44,154 bases of DNA from Octopus bimaculoides (GCF_001194135.2 NC_068990.1:77248154-77292307), one strand, 5' to 3'; positions 22,800-35,001 are shown, numbered from the stretch's first letter. Notes: generated by a model not told the origin, from the letters alone. Numbers and translations are program-made.

Positions 22800-23748
22800 T
22801 GTATGTATGTATGTATGTATATATATACATATGTATATGCTACATATGCATACATGCATACCTACATACATAATATATATCTACGCAGTCACAAACGGTA
22901 GAAAATCTCACGCGACAAAAAGTTAATGAAATTAACAAAAAAATATTTTATCAACATGAAAAAAGTTACATAATGGATTCAGTATATTGTATTGTATTGT
23001 GCGTACGTACGCATGTATGTATGTATGTATGTATGCATGTTTTTATGTAGGTATGTGTGTGTATTTGTGTGGGTGTGTGTGTGTGTATTATCTTTCTATA
23101 TACCTATATGTGTATGAGTACATTTATGTATACGTACATATAAAAAAATATGGTTGGAACTTATAAATGATAGAAGTACAGCTGCAACTAAAACAAAGAA
23201 AAATGGCGTAAAGAACTGAAAAGCGAGGATGTGATCGTCTCTAAATCTTTCTTAAGTGAGACACATTTGTTTCTTAGAAGAGGTCAAACGAGTTTTGGAA
23301 CTTGTCCTTTGTTTTCATCGGCTGGATTTAAAGAATAGATCCATTTTTAATTGCATTATCTGTATTTTCTTAAAACGTGATCTGGTTGGTACCGTAGCTG
23401 AGTAATTGGCCTTGCTTGCTGGTTAAAATTTTAAAAGTCCCTAGAGGGAGTTTTCATATTCTTATTGCAAGCATGGATTAAAAAAAAAAATGAAGATCTT
23501 CAATCCAGTTTACATGTTAGTCTCCACCAAACTGCAACAACAATAACGAAACCATGTTTTCTTCTTCTATATGAAGAAATATTAAGGTTTAAATTAGAAG
23601 TTAAATATGCTGGAAAAATGTTGTTTCTTGGTTGTCTCTCGAGTTCAAGAAAGACAATTCCGCAAATATCTGCTGTTCAATCTGCGGAGGTGAATTGCTT
23701 AAAGAGATGAAATGATTGTGCTGTACACTAGTTCACGCCCCCCCCCCC

Positions 23749-23922
23749 CATCAGATTGACGTTGCCAGAACAGGTACACGGTGTGCCACATGTTAGATGT
23801 CAAAGTGGTCTCAGAGCAGCGTGAAATGAAGTGTTTTGCTCAAGAACACAACGCACTGCCCTGTCTGGAAGTCGAAACCACGATCGTAACATCATGAGTA
23901 TAACAATCTAATCACTAGGTCA
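23749..23922 (-). mobile_element. SINE family C
   Basis: GTGTTTTGCTCAAGAACACAAC...GAAACCACGATC...AATCACTAGG. Confidence 0.8.
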
Positions 23923-24559
23923 CTCAAACAAAACAAGAGGAAAGCAAAAATGAAAAAATATCCTAAAGAAAATTTTTGAGGAAGCTTTTTTAACGGATTA
24001 TATCCTTCAACGTACCGCAGAGAAGGGCTGTTCCATAAAAAAGAAAAAAAAAACTTAAAAAGAAAATTCTAAGAATAGATCAAAAGTATACTGTGTCTAC
24101 TCCCCTAGATTCTACATTAACCGTCAATCCAATCTCTCATCATTCCTGACGACACATTACCCTCCCGCCTGCCCAATTTTCCCCTTACTGTTGTTAAAGT
24201 GCATCAACTGCATTTACCTTACCAGTTTCGTAGGAAGTGAGTGTGAGAAGATCGTAGCCATAGCTCCTTCTTTATAGACGAAACCATTAAAAGAAAAATC
24301 AATATCAACCATGTAGACCGTCATATCACGACAGGCAAATGCCAACTCTAGATTTACATCAAACATACAGCATCGAGAGACAATCACCTTTTGGCTGCTT
24401 AGTTCTTCGGAAGCTAGAATATATACATACCTTTCTCTGGATCGTTAGATCCTCATGGAGTTAAACATAACGAGTTAAGTGGACAACTAAATATATCAGG
24501 ATTAATTCGGTTCAAGTTCTGACCACGGCTGGTTTCTTCCACAAAGAAAGAAAGAGAAA

Positions 24560-24690
24560 ATGAAAAAGTAACGATTTCAATACTAGTACTTTATTTAGTA
24601 CCGGTTGAAAGCAATGCGATTTCAACTCTGAGCTCAGACAGCTGGAACGAATGCCGGAAAGCTTTCTTCCCGATATACCGGGATTCTGTA
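24560..24690 (-). mobile_element. Degenerate SINE family A
   Basis: TAGTACTTTATTT...GCGATTTCAACTCTGAG...GAATGCCGGAAAGCTTT. Confidence 0.45.
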
Positions 24691-24894
24691 GTTTGCAGCT
24701 TTATATTTAATATGAGCAAAATAAATGGATATACCTTAGCTCGATCCCTTTATCAAATCGACATTACCCGCACGGCTGCAGGGTGTACCACAAATCACAT
24801 GTCGAAGTGAAATGGATGTCGGTCAGATATTCCGACTATGGGCATTTGGCTGTTCCGTCACTTAGATTACCAGACACATTAATTAGTACGTAAG

Positions 24895-25030
24895 TCACGT
24901 GTGTCCTCAATATAATTCCGAGGAGGAATCAGCATATCAAGGCTGCGCCTTTGAATTACAGATAAAAATCTACGCAGCGGGTTCCACACAGTTTTTATCT
25001 ATCCAATTTCACTCACAAGCTATGAGCTGT
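24895..25030 (-). mobile_element. Chimeric SINE (B-like body + D-like tail), family F
   Basis: D-tail motifs GTGTCCTCAATATAATTCCGAGG and CCTTTGAATTACAG joined to B-like CACAGTTTTTATCTATCCAATTTCACTCACAAG. Confidence 0.55.
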
Positions 25031-25204
25031 CCGAAGGTTACTTGGTCATTACTGTCTCGAGTCCTAGGACTGATAGAGCCAGTTACCTGTTTTCCATGAC
25101 GTATAAGTGAGCAAAATCACAACATTACCCCTTTAACGGGACGCCAATCCATCGCAGGGTTACTCATTACTCATCGCAGGATTATTAATTTATTACTGAG
25201 TTTA

Positions 25205-25453
25205 AGATAAGGTAAAGTTTCTTTCTCGAGTCCTACGGACTCATAAGGGTCGGTTTCTCCATTTCCATGGCGTGTATATTCCTCACTTGGACGGGACTCC
25301 AGTCCATTGTAAGAGTACTCATTTTTGCCAGCTGAGTGAACTGGGGCAACGTGAAATAAAGTGTTTTGCTCAACAACACAACGCGTCGTTCAGTCCAGGA
25401 ATCGAAACCACAATCTTACGATCATGAGTCCAACACCGTAAGCACTAAGGCCT
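25205..25453 (-). mobile_element. SINE family C, near full length
   Basis: CATTTTTGCCAGCTGAGTGAACTGG, GTGTTTTGCTCAA, GGAATCGAAACC (B box), AGCACTAAGGCC (A box). Confidence 0.85.
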
Positions 25454-25529
25454 CCATTTATTTCTTATTACAGTTCAAAATACTTGAATTACAAAATTTG
25501 CTCAAAGCAAATGACGTTTTATATTTTGA

Positions 25530-25640
25530 CTGCAGCAACGTGAAATTAGGGATTTGTTCAAGAATACGACTCACCACCCAGTTCAAGGATCGAAATCGCA
25601 ATCTTGTGATCTTGAGTCAACACCCTAACCATTAGGTCAC
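25530..25640 (-). mobile_element. SINE family C head, diverged
   Basis: GCAACGTGAAAT...GGATCGAAATCG...ACACCCTAACCATTAGGTC. Confidence 0.7.
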
Positions 25641-25689
25641 ATTCTTTCATAAAAGTTTACATAAAATAACATACAATATACTTTCGAAG

Positions 25690-25757
25690 CTACCACGCCG
25701 CGGAAAAGAAACTCCGACCTCATAATTGCAAAGCGGACGTATTAACCATTCGGCTCT
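25690..25757 (-). mobile_element. tRNA-like SINE head fragment
   Basis: Minus strand AGCCGAATGGTTAATACGTCCGC..GTCGGAGTTTC. Confidence 0.45.
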
Positions 25758-25899
25758 TCTATACCTATAATAAAAATGAATAGATATATCATAGTTTAAT
25801 CCTTTGGGAAATTTTCAGAAGCTTCATCACTTCAAAACTGAAAATAAATGGTTTAAGCACGCACCAAGTCCTGAATGCGGCAATAGCATAGCTTCAATA

Positions 25900-26165
25900 A
25901 TCTGGTTTACGCCTGTTCAAACTGATAAGTGGATCAAAGCCAAATGTATGAAGACAGAAAGGAAAAGTTATTTATTCTGACAGACATCTCGATCACTTCT
26001 GATCAAAACATCACCAGGAATGAAGTCGAAAAGTTATCAAATTACAAGAACCTCGAAATGGCAACATATAAGATAAAGGGTTATGAAAATATAAATGGTA
26101 GCAATAAATAATTGGAAGACAGCGGACACAGACAAAAATATCGTACAAGGTCTGTCAGCTACGCC
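25900..26165 (+). pseudogene. R4/Dong-like LINE restriction-like endonuclease (RLE) remnant
   Basis: DRKEKLFILTDISITSDQNITRNEVEKLSNYKNLE resembles the D..K....LID..IP.D.NI..KE.EKL.KY.DL RLE consensus. Confidence 0.65.
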
Positions 26166-27148
26166 AACAAACAAACAAACCAAGGATGAGACTGTGTTTT
26201 ATCGAAATACTAGAAGTAGCAGTAAACTCTCCCTTTCAAATTAAATCTTATCGCCTAGAACCATTTTATCTCGGTCTCCCAAACTCCTCAATATATACAC
26301 ACATATATACATACATACATACATACATAATATATATATATATANNNNNNNNNNNNNNNNNNNNNNNNNNNNNNNNNNNNNNNNNNNNNNNNNNNNNNNN
26401 NNNNNNNNNNNNNNNNNNNNNNNNNNNNNNNNNNNNNNNNNNNNNNNNNNNNNNNNNNNNNNNNNNNNNNNNNNNNNNNNNNNNNNNNNNNNNNNNNNNN
26501 NNNNNNNNNNNNNNNNNNNNNNNNNNNNNNNNNNNNNNNNNNNNNNNNNGACAGTTTCTCTCTACATGTGCATATATATATCATATACATATCTGTATGC
26601 ATGTATACGTCTTTGGGTGTGTGCGTGCGTGTGTATTTATGCTTGTCTGTACTTACGCGATAAAACAGAATCCAAGGTGATTGCCGGCGGTCTGCGTCGG
26701 CAGCGACTTGTATTATTTGGGAACAAGCGGCATAAATGTTTTAGTAAAATTGCTGGGGGGTGGGGGTGGGGGTGAGGCATCCAATATTTCAAATACCGAC
26801 TTTCTTCAGAGTTAAGATGACAGGAGAAGGTGGGGGTGGAGAAACGAAAGATAAAGTTTTACATCCTACATGTTTACATGTTTGAGCGACTGGCTGCAAC
26901 TGGAACGCAAAAAGAATGTGAGCAGAGAAAACCTCGGGGAAAACGGAGACGGAAACCTTGCGCACTGAATTCTTCGTGACAATTTCACAGTGCTCTGGTG
27001 AGTTAAATTCTTCCTTGAGTGTGTGGATTTAGGTTGAGAGGTAATTAGGTTTTAGGGTGGGCTGTTATGGAGTTACAAACACACACACCCTCACACGCAC
27101 GCACATTCATTCACACACACACACACTTCCAAAGTAAATCTTCTAAAG

Positions 27149-27429
27149 CAGTGGTTCTCAACCGGGGCCCATGCAGCAAAACAGTAAATTGGGAACCCAC
27201 AATTGTATTATAAGGAACCCTGGAAAAAAAAATTTGCTTTATGTATTGCAAGAAAGAGGCTGGGTTTCTTCTAGCACTTTACATAGATCAACCTACACAA
27301 AATAAGCATTTTGATATAAGTTTCTATAAAACTTGTTTTTAAACATTGAATGGCTATGGGGGGTTGGGTCCACCAGAATAAAATAGTAATGAAAGCGGTC
27401 CACAGATAAAAGATAGTTGGGAACCCTTA
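27149..27429. mobile_element. hAT-like MITE
   Basis: TIR CAGTGGTTCTCAACC ... AGTTGGGAACC; colinear with 30442-30763. Confidence 0.8.
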
Positions 27430-27552
27430 AAATGAATGACACATTAGTGAATATAACACTAGACATGTTAATAGCTGAGAGAAGGACGGATTTTCAAGAC
27501 TGGAACACTTTTGCTCATAGAACTGCTCAATTCAGAGTTGAAATATAGTTAA

Positions 27553-27842
27553 CCCATTACCTGCCATAATTCTATTAACTGGAATTTTTTAATGAAACTT
27601 TGATTTCTAGCATAAAACAGCCTTAGAAACACGCTGGAATGATCAAAATAACATTTCAAAATAACATTTTAAATAGAAATAAGCGAGATATTGGGTGAAA
27701 AATTAGCAAACCTCATTTGAATATCAGAGAAATATACCTAGTAGATATCGCAAAAAGGTTAGATATGTGTAAATATTGACAGATAATTACGAAATTTGTA
27801 ATTTTTAAGTGATCTCATATGAGATCACTGGTAGGTAATGGG
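27553..27842. mobile_element. piggyBac-type MITE (290 bp)
   Basis: TTAA|CCCATTACCTGCCA ... TGGTAGGTAATGGG|TTAA; 13/14 TIR match with TTAA duplication. Confidence 0.9.
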
Positions 27843-27962
27843 TTAATTAAACAACATTATCAACAAGAACTTCGTATGCATGCAAAACAACAAAACGATG
27901 ACAAGCCTGACTTCAGAAGGATGTAACTTTGCTGCAATAAAAACGTTTCTTCACTCACCTAG

Positions 27963-27995
27963 AAGAAAATACTGCACAGATCTCGAACCAAAAAG
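27963..27995 (+). CDS. Candidate 33-nt internal exon
   Basis: Acceptor tttcttcactcacctag| and donor AAG|GTAAGA; open in all three frames; no homology recognised. Confidence 0.2.
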
Positions 27996-28400
27996 GTAAG
28001 AGTGTTCTCTAATTTGTTGCCCGAAAAGCTACACATAGTAGTCAAATCTCTCTCGTATTAAATCCTAACAAAACTTACGACTCACCGCCCTTGTATCAAA
28101 CCCTAACAAACCTTATTACTCACTGCTCGGTCTGTTTTATATAAAAAAAAAAATGACATGAGATTATGTGGTTGAAAAAAATAATTGAACTACGATAAAA
28201 AAAAAAAAGAGAGAATGTTTTTGATCATAGGTTTGTTCAATCAGGGCTGACCTGGGATTCAACAACAGCAACAACAACAACAATATTAACAACAGCAACC
28301 ACAACACTGACCTCAGCAAGATAGTACTTTATGCTACTGACCACAAAATCAAGTATTGTGAAGTTGAACTCGACGGTATTTGAGCTTAAACCATTTAGTG

Positions 28401-28782
28401 TTGTTGACACTCCGTCGCTTACGACGTCGAGGGTTCCAGTTGATACGATCAACGGAACAGCCTGCTCGTGAAATTAACGTGCAAGTGGCTGAGCACTCCA
28501 CAGACACGTGTACCCTTAACGTAGTTCTCGGGGATATTCAGCGTGACACAGTGTGACAAGGCTGACCCTTTGAATTACAGGCACAACAGAAACAGGAAGA
28601 AAAGATGAGAGAAAGTTGTGGTGGAAGAGTACAGCAGGGTTCGCCAGCATCCCCTTCTGGAGCCTCGTGGAGCTTTAGGTGTTTTCGCTCAACAAACAGT
28701 CACAACGCCCGGTCTGGGAATCGAAACCGCGATCCTATGACCCGAGTCCGCTGCCCTAACCACTGGGCCATTGCGCCTCCAC
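28401..28782 (-). mobile_element. SINE family D, full length with TSD
   Basis: A and B boxes, (CAA) tail; flanks AAACCATTTAGT (28388-28399) and AAACCATTAAGT (28784-28795). Confidence 0.95.
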
Positions 28783-29574
28783 AAAACCATTAAGTATACG
28801 TATCTGAATACCACAGAGCATTTTTGTTTTTTACTATTCTGTGTCTACTGATTCTGGTAACATTTACTACCTTACTGTGAAAATATTCGTAGCAAAAGAT
28901 TCTATATATTTGTTGGGTTATTGCTACTGTATTAAAGAACATATGATTACAAAGGCTGTATATAGCATTAGATATATGTATTTTATTTTGTTTTTACTGA
29001 TATATACAATTGTGTATGTACGGCACGTATACGTAGCATCCATCATTTGCTAAAAGTTTATCTCCGTGAAACCTCATTGAAGCATGAAGGAAATATCAGA
29101 ACAAAGTACCTCATACACTTGAAGTAACGGTGCTTAGTGATAGGCACACTCACATATACGTGTATGTGTTTGTGTATGTTTGTGTATTTGTGTATGTATA
29201 CACATACATACATGCATACACACACATACATGCATACATACTTACATACATACATACATACATACATGCATACATGCATACATGCATACATACATGTATT
29301 GATCTCTAGTGATGTGTATATTCATACATATTTATAAGCAAGCAAAGAACCAGGCAGTTGTACAGACAGACCTAAATACAAATCACCCCTTCATGTACAT
29401 ACAGAAATTTATGTATAGATACAGACAAAAGGGCAAAAGAGTCCTTGTAGAAAATACTCATTTACACTCATAACGATAATCAAATATATACACTTGCAGC
29501 TATACTGACAGGTATACACGCATATACTTGTACATACATACATTTATACATACAGACATATAAACTAAATATAT

Positions 29575-29885
29575 ACCTGTTCTATATTTAAGAGATGAAG
29601 CAGTATGTACATTATTTACATTATTTACATTATTTACATTCGACAGATATTTGTCCTCATCTTGTTTGTTGTTAACACAACGTTTTGGCTGATATATCCT
29701 CCAGCCTTCTTCATGTGTCTTGGGGAAATTTCAAACCTGAGTTCTCATTCCTAAGGTATTTTTGATGACGTTGTTGTTATTATTATTATTATTATTATTG
29801 TTCAGGTCACTGCTTGGAATCGAACTCGGAATCTTGGGGTTAGTTGTCCGCGCTCTTAACCACTACGCCATATACCCGTGGGCAT
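29575..29885 (-). mobile_element. tRNA-headed SINE-like element carrying an HHR relic
   Basis: Head 29811-29870: TGGCGTAGTGGTTAAG (A box), GAGTTCGATTCC (B box); (TAA)n; HHR-like motif at 29674-29719; TGTAAATAA x3 tail. Confidence 0.85.
29674..29719 (-). ncRNA. Type I hammerhead ribozyme relic (two core substitutions)
   Basis: GACAC-ATGAAGA-A-GGCTG[10 nt]CAGCC-AAAA-CGT-T-GTGTT: stems I and II and palindromic AACGTT intact; C3>A and G12>A. Confidence 0.6.
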
Positions 29886-30441
29886 AAAAAAAAAACTAAT
29901 GTAAATATATACCTATTTACACATACAAGCATACGGACAATTATGCACCTATACGTACATACACGCATGCACATTCAATGCGCACATGCTTAAAGGTAAA
30001 CATACAAACATACACTGAAAGGATCGAAGGCTCTTCGCGAGCCATACACATTCGTAAGGTCGGTTTCCAGGATTCTGTGGTGTTGTATTCGCCTCCTTAC
30101 TGGATGGAGGACAGGTGCTCCAGCTGAATCTGGTCGAAGAGGAACATAAACAACCTCCCCACTCTTTGGAGGCAATATTTTTCCCCATTTTAACACTAAG
30201 GGCAGTAACTCTCTGTGCGTCATTGTGACAAAGTTGACGTTTCCTCGCTACCATGGCAACCAACGTTATTTCTTCTTTGAGTATAAATTTGAAAGCTGAG
30301 TCGACGGAGAGGAATTACAACTGGAGGAATTGAATGCACCAACCTTCGAATGCACTAAACTACGATATCGAAGTGGCTAAAAAGTGTCAACAGAAGGGCA
30401 TCCAAAGAGTCATGACCTGGATGTGACTCGCTCTCTTTACA

Positions 30442-30763
30442 GTAGTGGTTCCCCACCGGGGTCCAAAGATTTGGGGAGTGGGAGTCCCTGCAACAAAACA
30501 GTAAATTGGGGGATCCACAGTAGTATTGCAAGGGACCCTGAAAAAAATTTGCTACAGATGTATGTATTGGTATGCATTGCAAGAAACAGCTAGGTTTCTT
30601 TCTCTGACATTTTACATAGTTCAACCTAAGTGAAAAGCAAAATAGGAATTTTGGAAGAAGTTTCTATAAAACTACTCTTTAAACATTGTATTGCTATGGG
30701 GGTCCACCAGAATAAAATAGTAATCAAAGAGGTTCATAAATAAATATTGGTTGAGAATCCCTA
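30442..30763. mobile_element. hAT-like MITE, same family as 27149
   Basis: GTAGTGGTTCCCCACC ... GGTTGAGAATCCCTAC; shared internal AAAACAGTAAATTGGG and GGTCCACCAGAATAAAATAGTAAT. Confidence 0.85.
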
Positions 30764-30859
30764 CCTTATTGTATAAGAATTTAAGCGTCGACATACTTGC
30801 CTGAGGGAAGGCGGGGATTCTACTCTGAAGACCTTCTCCTATTCAGCTTCGTTGAGAGT

Positions 30860-31150
30860 TTCTTACCACCATGGTACCAGTAATAGGTATATTCTGACCT
30901 GACCAGTTAGTTGTAAATGCTTTTGTATCCGAGAATTTTTTACACAATCTATTTCAAATTGTTTCTATAAATTCTCATCAATAGCTTTTTCGAGATTTAC
31001 AAAAATTTCTTCTTTCATTTTTATTGAATATATTTTTTGTTTAAAACATATGATTTGAAATCTTAAAAAATTTATTTACTTAATATAATCTTTTACTTAA
31101 ATCGAGTTTTTCCTTTCCATTCCTTTACACTTCTTACCCGTTTTGACGAA
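30860..31150 (-). pseudogene. Decayed LINE RT fragment
   Basis: Minus strand KEEIFVNLEKAIDENL resembles the FIDLEKAFD motif; GKEKLD-like remnant upstream. Confidence 0.4.
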
Positions 31151-31319
31151 TTTATTTCTTTTTAAATCATATTTATAACAGTTATTTTTCCTTAAAGATT
31201 TTCATTGTTCGTTCGATTTTGCGTACGGATATATACACGTAAATATACACACGCATATGAATATACAAATAAACGTACATCTTTCTTCTACTCTCTCTTT
31301 CACTCTCATTCTCTCACTC

Positions 31320-32038
31320 ACTCTCTCATATATATATATGTATAAATATATATATATACATATATATATATAAATGTTTATGTATGTATGTGTGTATATA
31401 TTTATATATGTATGTGTGTGTATATATATATATATATGCATGTATGTATATATGTATATATGTATATATGTATATGCATATATATATATATGTATATATA
31501 TATATGCATATATACAAGTATATGTATATATATATATATATATATGTATGTATATATACATGTATGTGTATATACATACATACATACATTACATACATAC
31601 AAATATATATACATATATATATATANNNNNNNNNNNNNNNNNNNNNNNNNNNNNNNNNNNNNNNNNNNNNNNNNNNNNNNNNNNNNNNNNNNNNNNNNNN
31701 NNNNNNNNNNNNNNNNNNNNNNNNNNNNNNNNNNNNNNNNNNNNNNNNNNNNNNNNNNNNNNNNNNNNNNNNNNNNNNNNNNNNNNNNNNNNNNNNNNNN
31801 NNNNNNNNNNNNNNNNNNNNNNNNNNNNNNNNNNNNNNNNNNNNNNNNNNNNNNNNNNNNNNNNNNNNNNNNNNNNNNNNNNNNNNNNNNNNNNNNNNNN
31901 NNNNNNNNNNNNNNNNNNNNNNNNNNNNNNNNNNNNNNNNNNNNNNNNNNNNNNNNNNNNNNNNNNNNNNNNNNNNNNNNNNNNNNNNNNNNNNNNNNNN
32001 NNNNNNNNNNNNNNNNNNNNNNNNNNNNNNNNNNNNNN

Positions 32039-32109
<71 letters not shown>

Positions 32110-32110
32110 G
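31320..32110. repeat. (TA)/(TATG)/(CA) microsatellite complex with gap
   Basis: Direct repeats; source of many spurious ORFs. Confidence 0.95.
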
Positions 32111-32890
32111 ACACACGCACATATACAGACACACACACATATACACACACTCATGCCAACGTACGCATATACACTCACACGTCTTCTCGCATATAATAAA
32201 AACTATGCGCATATAATGCAAACATCTCAAACATCTCAAACATCACTCTCTCTATATATATATGTGTGTGTGTGTGTGCAGAGAGAGGTAGATATATAGA
32301 TGATATAAATATACGTGTTTATGTGTACAAAGGAAAAAAGGGGTGGGTGAATGAGTGAGAAAGAGGGAAGGGGTCGATTTAGCGTTAATGCATTTATTAT
32401 AAGGGTGCTAATTTTATATACCTTTTCTCGATAGAACTCTTTATACCTTTTAAGGAAACATTCCAATATACGTGTTAGTATATACAAACACCTACACAAG
32501 CACATGCCTGAAGCATCTGTCCGTTTATCTGTTTGTATGAATGTCTCTCTCTCTCTCTCCCTCTCTCTTTCTCTCTATTTATGTGTCTGTCTATCATGTG
32601 TGTGTATATGGGTGTGTATATGTGTATATGTATAATTATGGGAGTCTGAATGTATGTGTACGTTACTTATAATGAATGGGAAGGGAAAGAGCACAATAGA
32701 AATATTAGGGTCCTTAATTTGATAACTGAGCCATTAGCCAGTACTCAGATCTGCGCCACAAAATTTGCACGTCGATCCCCCCCCCCCACATGCTCACACC
32801 TATAGACACATGTATAACGTACAAATATATACCACATATGTATATATGTATGTATATAAATATGCGTGTGTATACGCACATGCATTCGCT

Positions 32891-32945
<55 letters not shown>

Positions 32946-33518
32946 ACGCTTGTGGCATTTCTGTTGCGTGTCTGCTAGTAATTAACACAGTGCGTTCGGA
33001 CTTTGAAGTCAACGAATTTATATTCAATATATGTGAACATGTGAACATTCTTTAAACTGTGTCTGTGTAGTCTCCTATATAGAAATATCGATTATGTTTG
33101 CTATCATACAACAAAAGTTGTATAGAAAGATTAAGCAAAAAAAAAAAAAAAAANNNNNNNNNNAAAAAAAAAAAAAAAAAAGAAACCTGCTAAAGAAAGA
33201 AATTTCTGAAACCATTGTTAAGCAATATTAACCAGGTGGTTCATTAAAAGTTGTATTATAAATTGCACGTAAATCAACATTTTTGATCGTGATGGTGTAG
33301 GGAGTAAAATTTTTTAGCTTCGCATTTGCTATCTTCAGTAAAATAAATATCAATTACTTAGAGTACACATGTGACTTTTGCATTTTGGTTACCTGTAAGT
33401 TAACGTACGTGCATCTATAAAAACACAAGTAAGATACTGTCATCAAGTACTTGGTGAATATTGCATAAAGTTTTAGTTTGGTGTCGTAACGTGTCACCCG
33501 GCGTATGGGACGACTTAC

Positions 33519-33592
33519 GTTACGCGGTGGCGTAGGAAAAGTTCTCTGTTCCCAACGGCAAAGATTATTTTGGAGACCCTCTGGTACCATAA
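33519..33592 (-). CDS. Candidate 74-nt exon, with a possible 22-nt partner at 33393-33414
   Basis: Acceptor tttcttctggtttatgataccag|, donor AAC|GTAAGT, 104-nt intron ending tgtgtttttatag; frame LWYQRVSKIIFAVGNRELFLRHRVT|CTYVNLQ is open. Confidence 0.2.
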
Positions 33593-33944
33593 CTGGTATC
33601 ATAAACCAGAAGAAATTTAGCACTTCTACATGCCTGCATTCAATGGAAATTTTCCTACTGTGGTCTCACCTTACTACACCTCTGGTCTGTCTAACAGCTC
33701 AGAGTACAAAATAGTATTTAAGGTTCAAATGTTATGCCCGGAATATAAGATGACTGCTTATTGCAAAGAACATATACTTTATGCTTAAAATTTAAGCTTT
33801 GCAAAAGAGCCGTAAAAGATCATCTTATAAGCCCCTTACACGGTAATGAACTACACAGCTTTTGTTGTTATGACTGCAGGCCTGTATAATTATAAAACGG
33901 ATTTATAAAACTTGTTAAGAAGTGATACATAAGCGCAGAATGAT

Positions 33945-34230
33945 CAAGAATAGTTTAAGATGTTCGCTTCACAACCACGTGGTCCCGAAATTGATCCCAC
34001 TGCGTGGAATTTTGGACCGATGCCATTTTCTATAGCGTTCGAGTCGGCCATAGCCGTTGTGGGTGAAACTAGGAAAACAGAAAGTGTACAGAAGACCATT
34101 GTGTGGATTACACCTGTAAATCAAAATATACGGCATTATCACACTTTGATTCTGCCTGAAAATACACGTTAAGGGTATACACGGTAATTTAAGAGAAGGT
34201 AATTGAGTTGATCAAACAGTTGAATCCTCG
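33945..34230 (+). mobile_element. Chimeric SINE family F (B-like head + D-like tail), diverged
   Basis: CTTCACAACCACGTGGTCCC..GATCCCACTGCGTGG head; CCTGAAAATACACGTTAAGGGTA tail. Confidence 0.55.
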
Positions 34231-34962
34231 TTGTCAAGAATCCTCGTTGACAGAGAGATCCGTCATATAATGATTACAGAAGGCTATAAACGCTTTTATA
34301 ATCTGGGCACCGTCCATATGTATAGTGCATTCAATGCAGTCAGTTGTTTAACCAATCACTGGACGATCTGAATAACAATTTCCATAAAACTATGGAACGA
34401 GCAGCGTGAAGAGATTGGTCTGTATACGTCAGAGTTCGTATGTGTGTGCTTACATACATTTAGTAGGAGCATTGGGACATTTGGAATGCAACAATGTGCG
34501 GGGTATAGGTTGGTGTTTCTATGAGTATTTCTACACCATTCATTGTATATGCAGTATGAATATGAATATTGTAGCCACTAAACAATGTAACGTATGAATG
34601 TGTGCTGAATAATGTCTGCATGAGTTTGTGTATGTGTGTAGGAATGTATGCACGCATATGCAAAGCGTCAGCTTTTCTCTTTCTAGAAGCTGACGATCTA
34701 CATTGAAAAGCTTTCCCTAAAGTCCTTTAGTTCCTTAAGTGTCGTACTATATACATTATTAACAGTAAATAATGCATTAATGTGCAATAACACTGCAGTT
34801 TTAAGTTATTCTCATTGTGAAACTATGCATATATAATTAAAATGCACGAACACACACATTAAATATATGAATAACATGCATAGGTACAGGAATGTGTGTG
34901 TGTCCGCGCGCGCATACACACTCACTCACACATATGCCTGTACCTATGCATATATGCATATG

Positions 34963-35001
<39 letters not shown>

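Noticed and set aside
24200-24400. Minus-strand DFSFNGFVYKEGAM as Penelope RT motif
   Set aside because: Only one loose motif, with spacing inconsistent with neighbouring RT motifs
26785-26815. Hammerhead-like CTGAAGA...GAAA on the minus strand
   Set aside because: Stems I and II are at most 2-3 weak pairs; expected by chance
33305-33345. CTGAAGA-TAGC..GCTA-AAAA hammerhead-like motif (minus)
   Set aside because: G12 absent and stem I only 2 A-T pairs in AT-rich DNA
34667-34715. CGTCAGCTT/AAGCTGACG 9-bp hairpin with CTGACGA and GAAA
   Set aside because: Pairing register is incompatible with a hammerhead fold and there is no stem II
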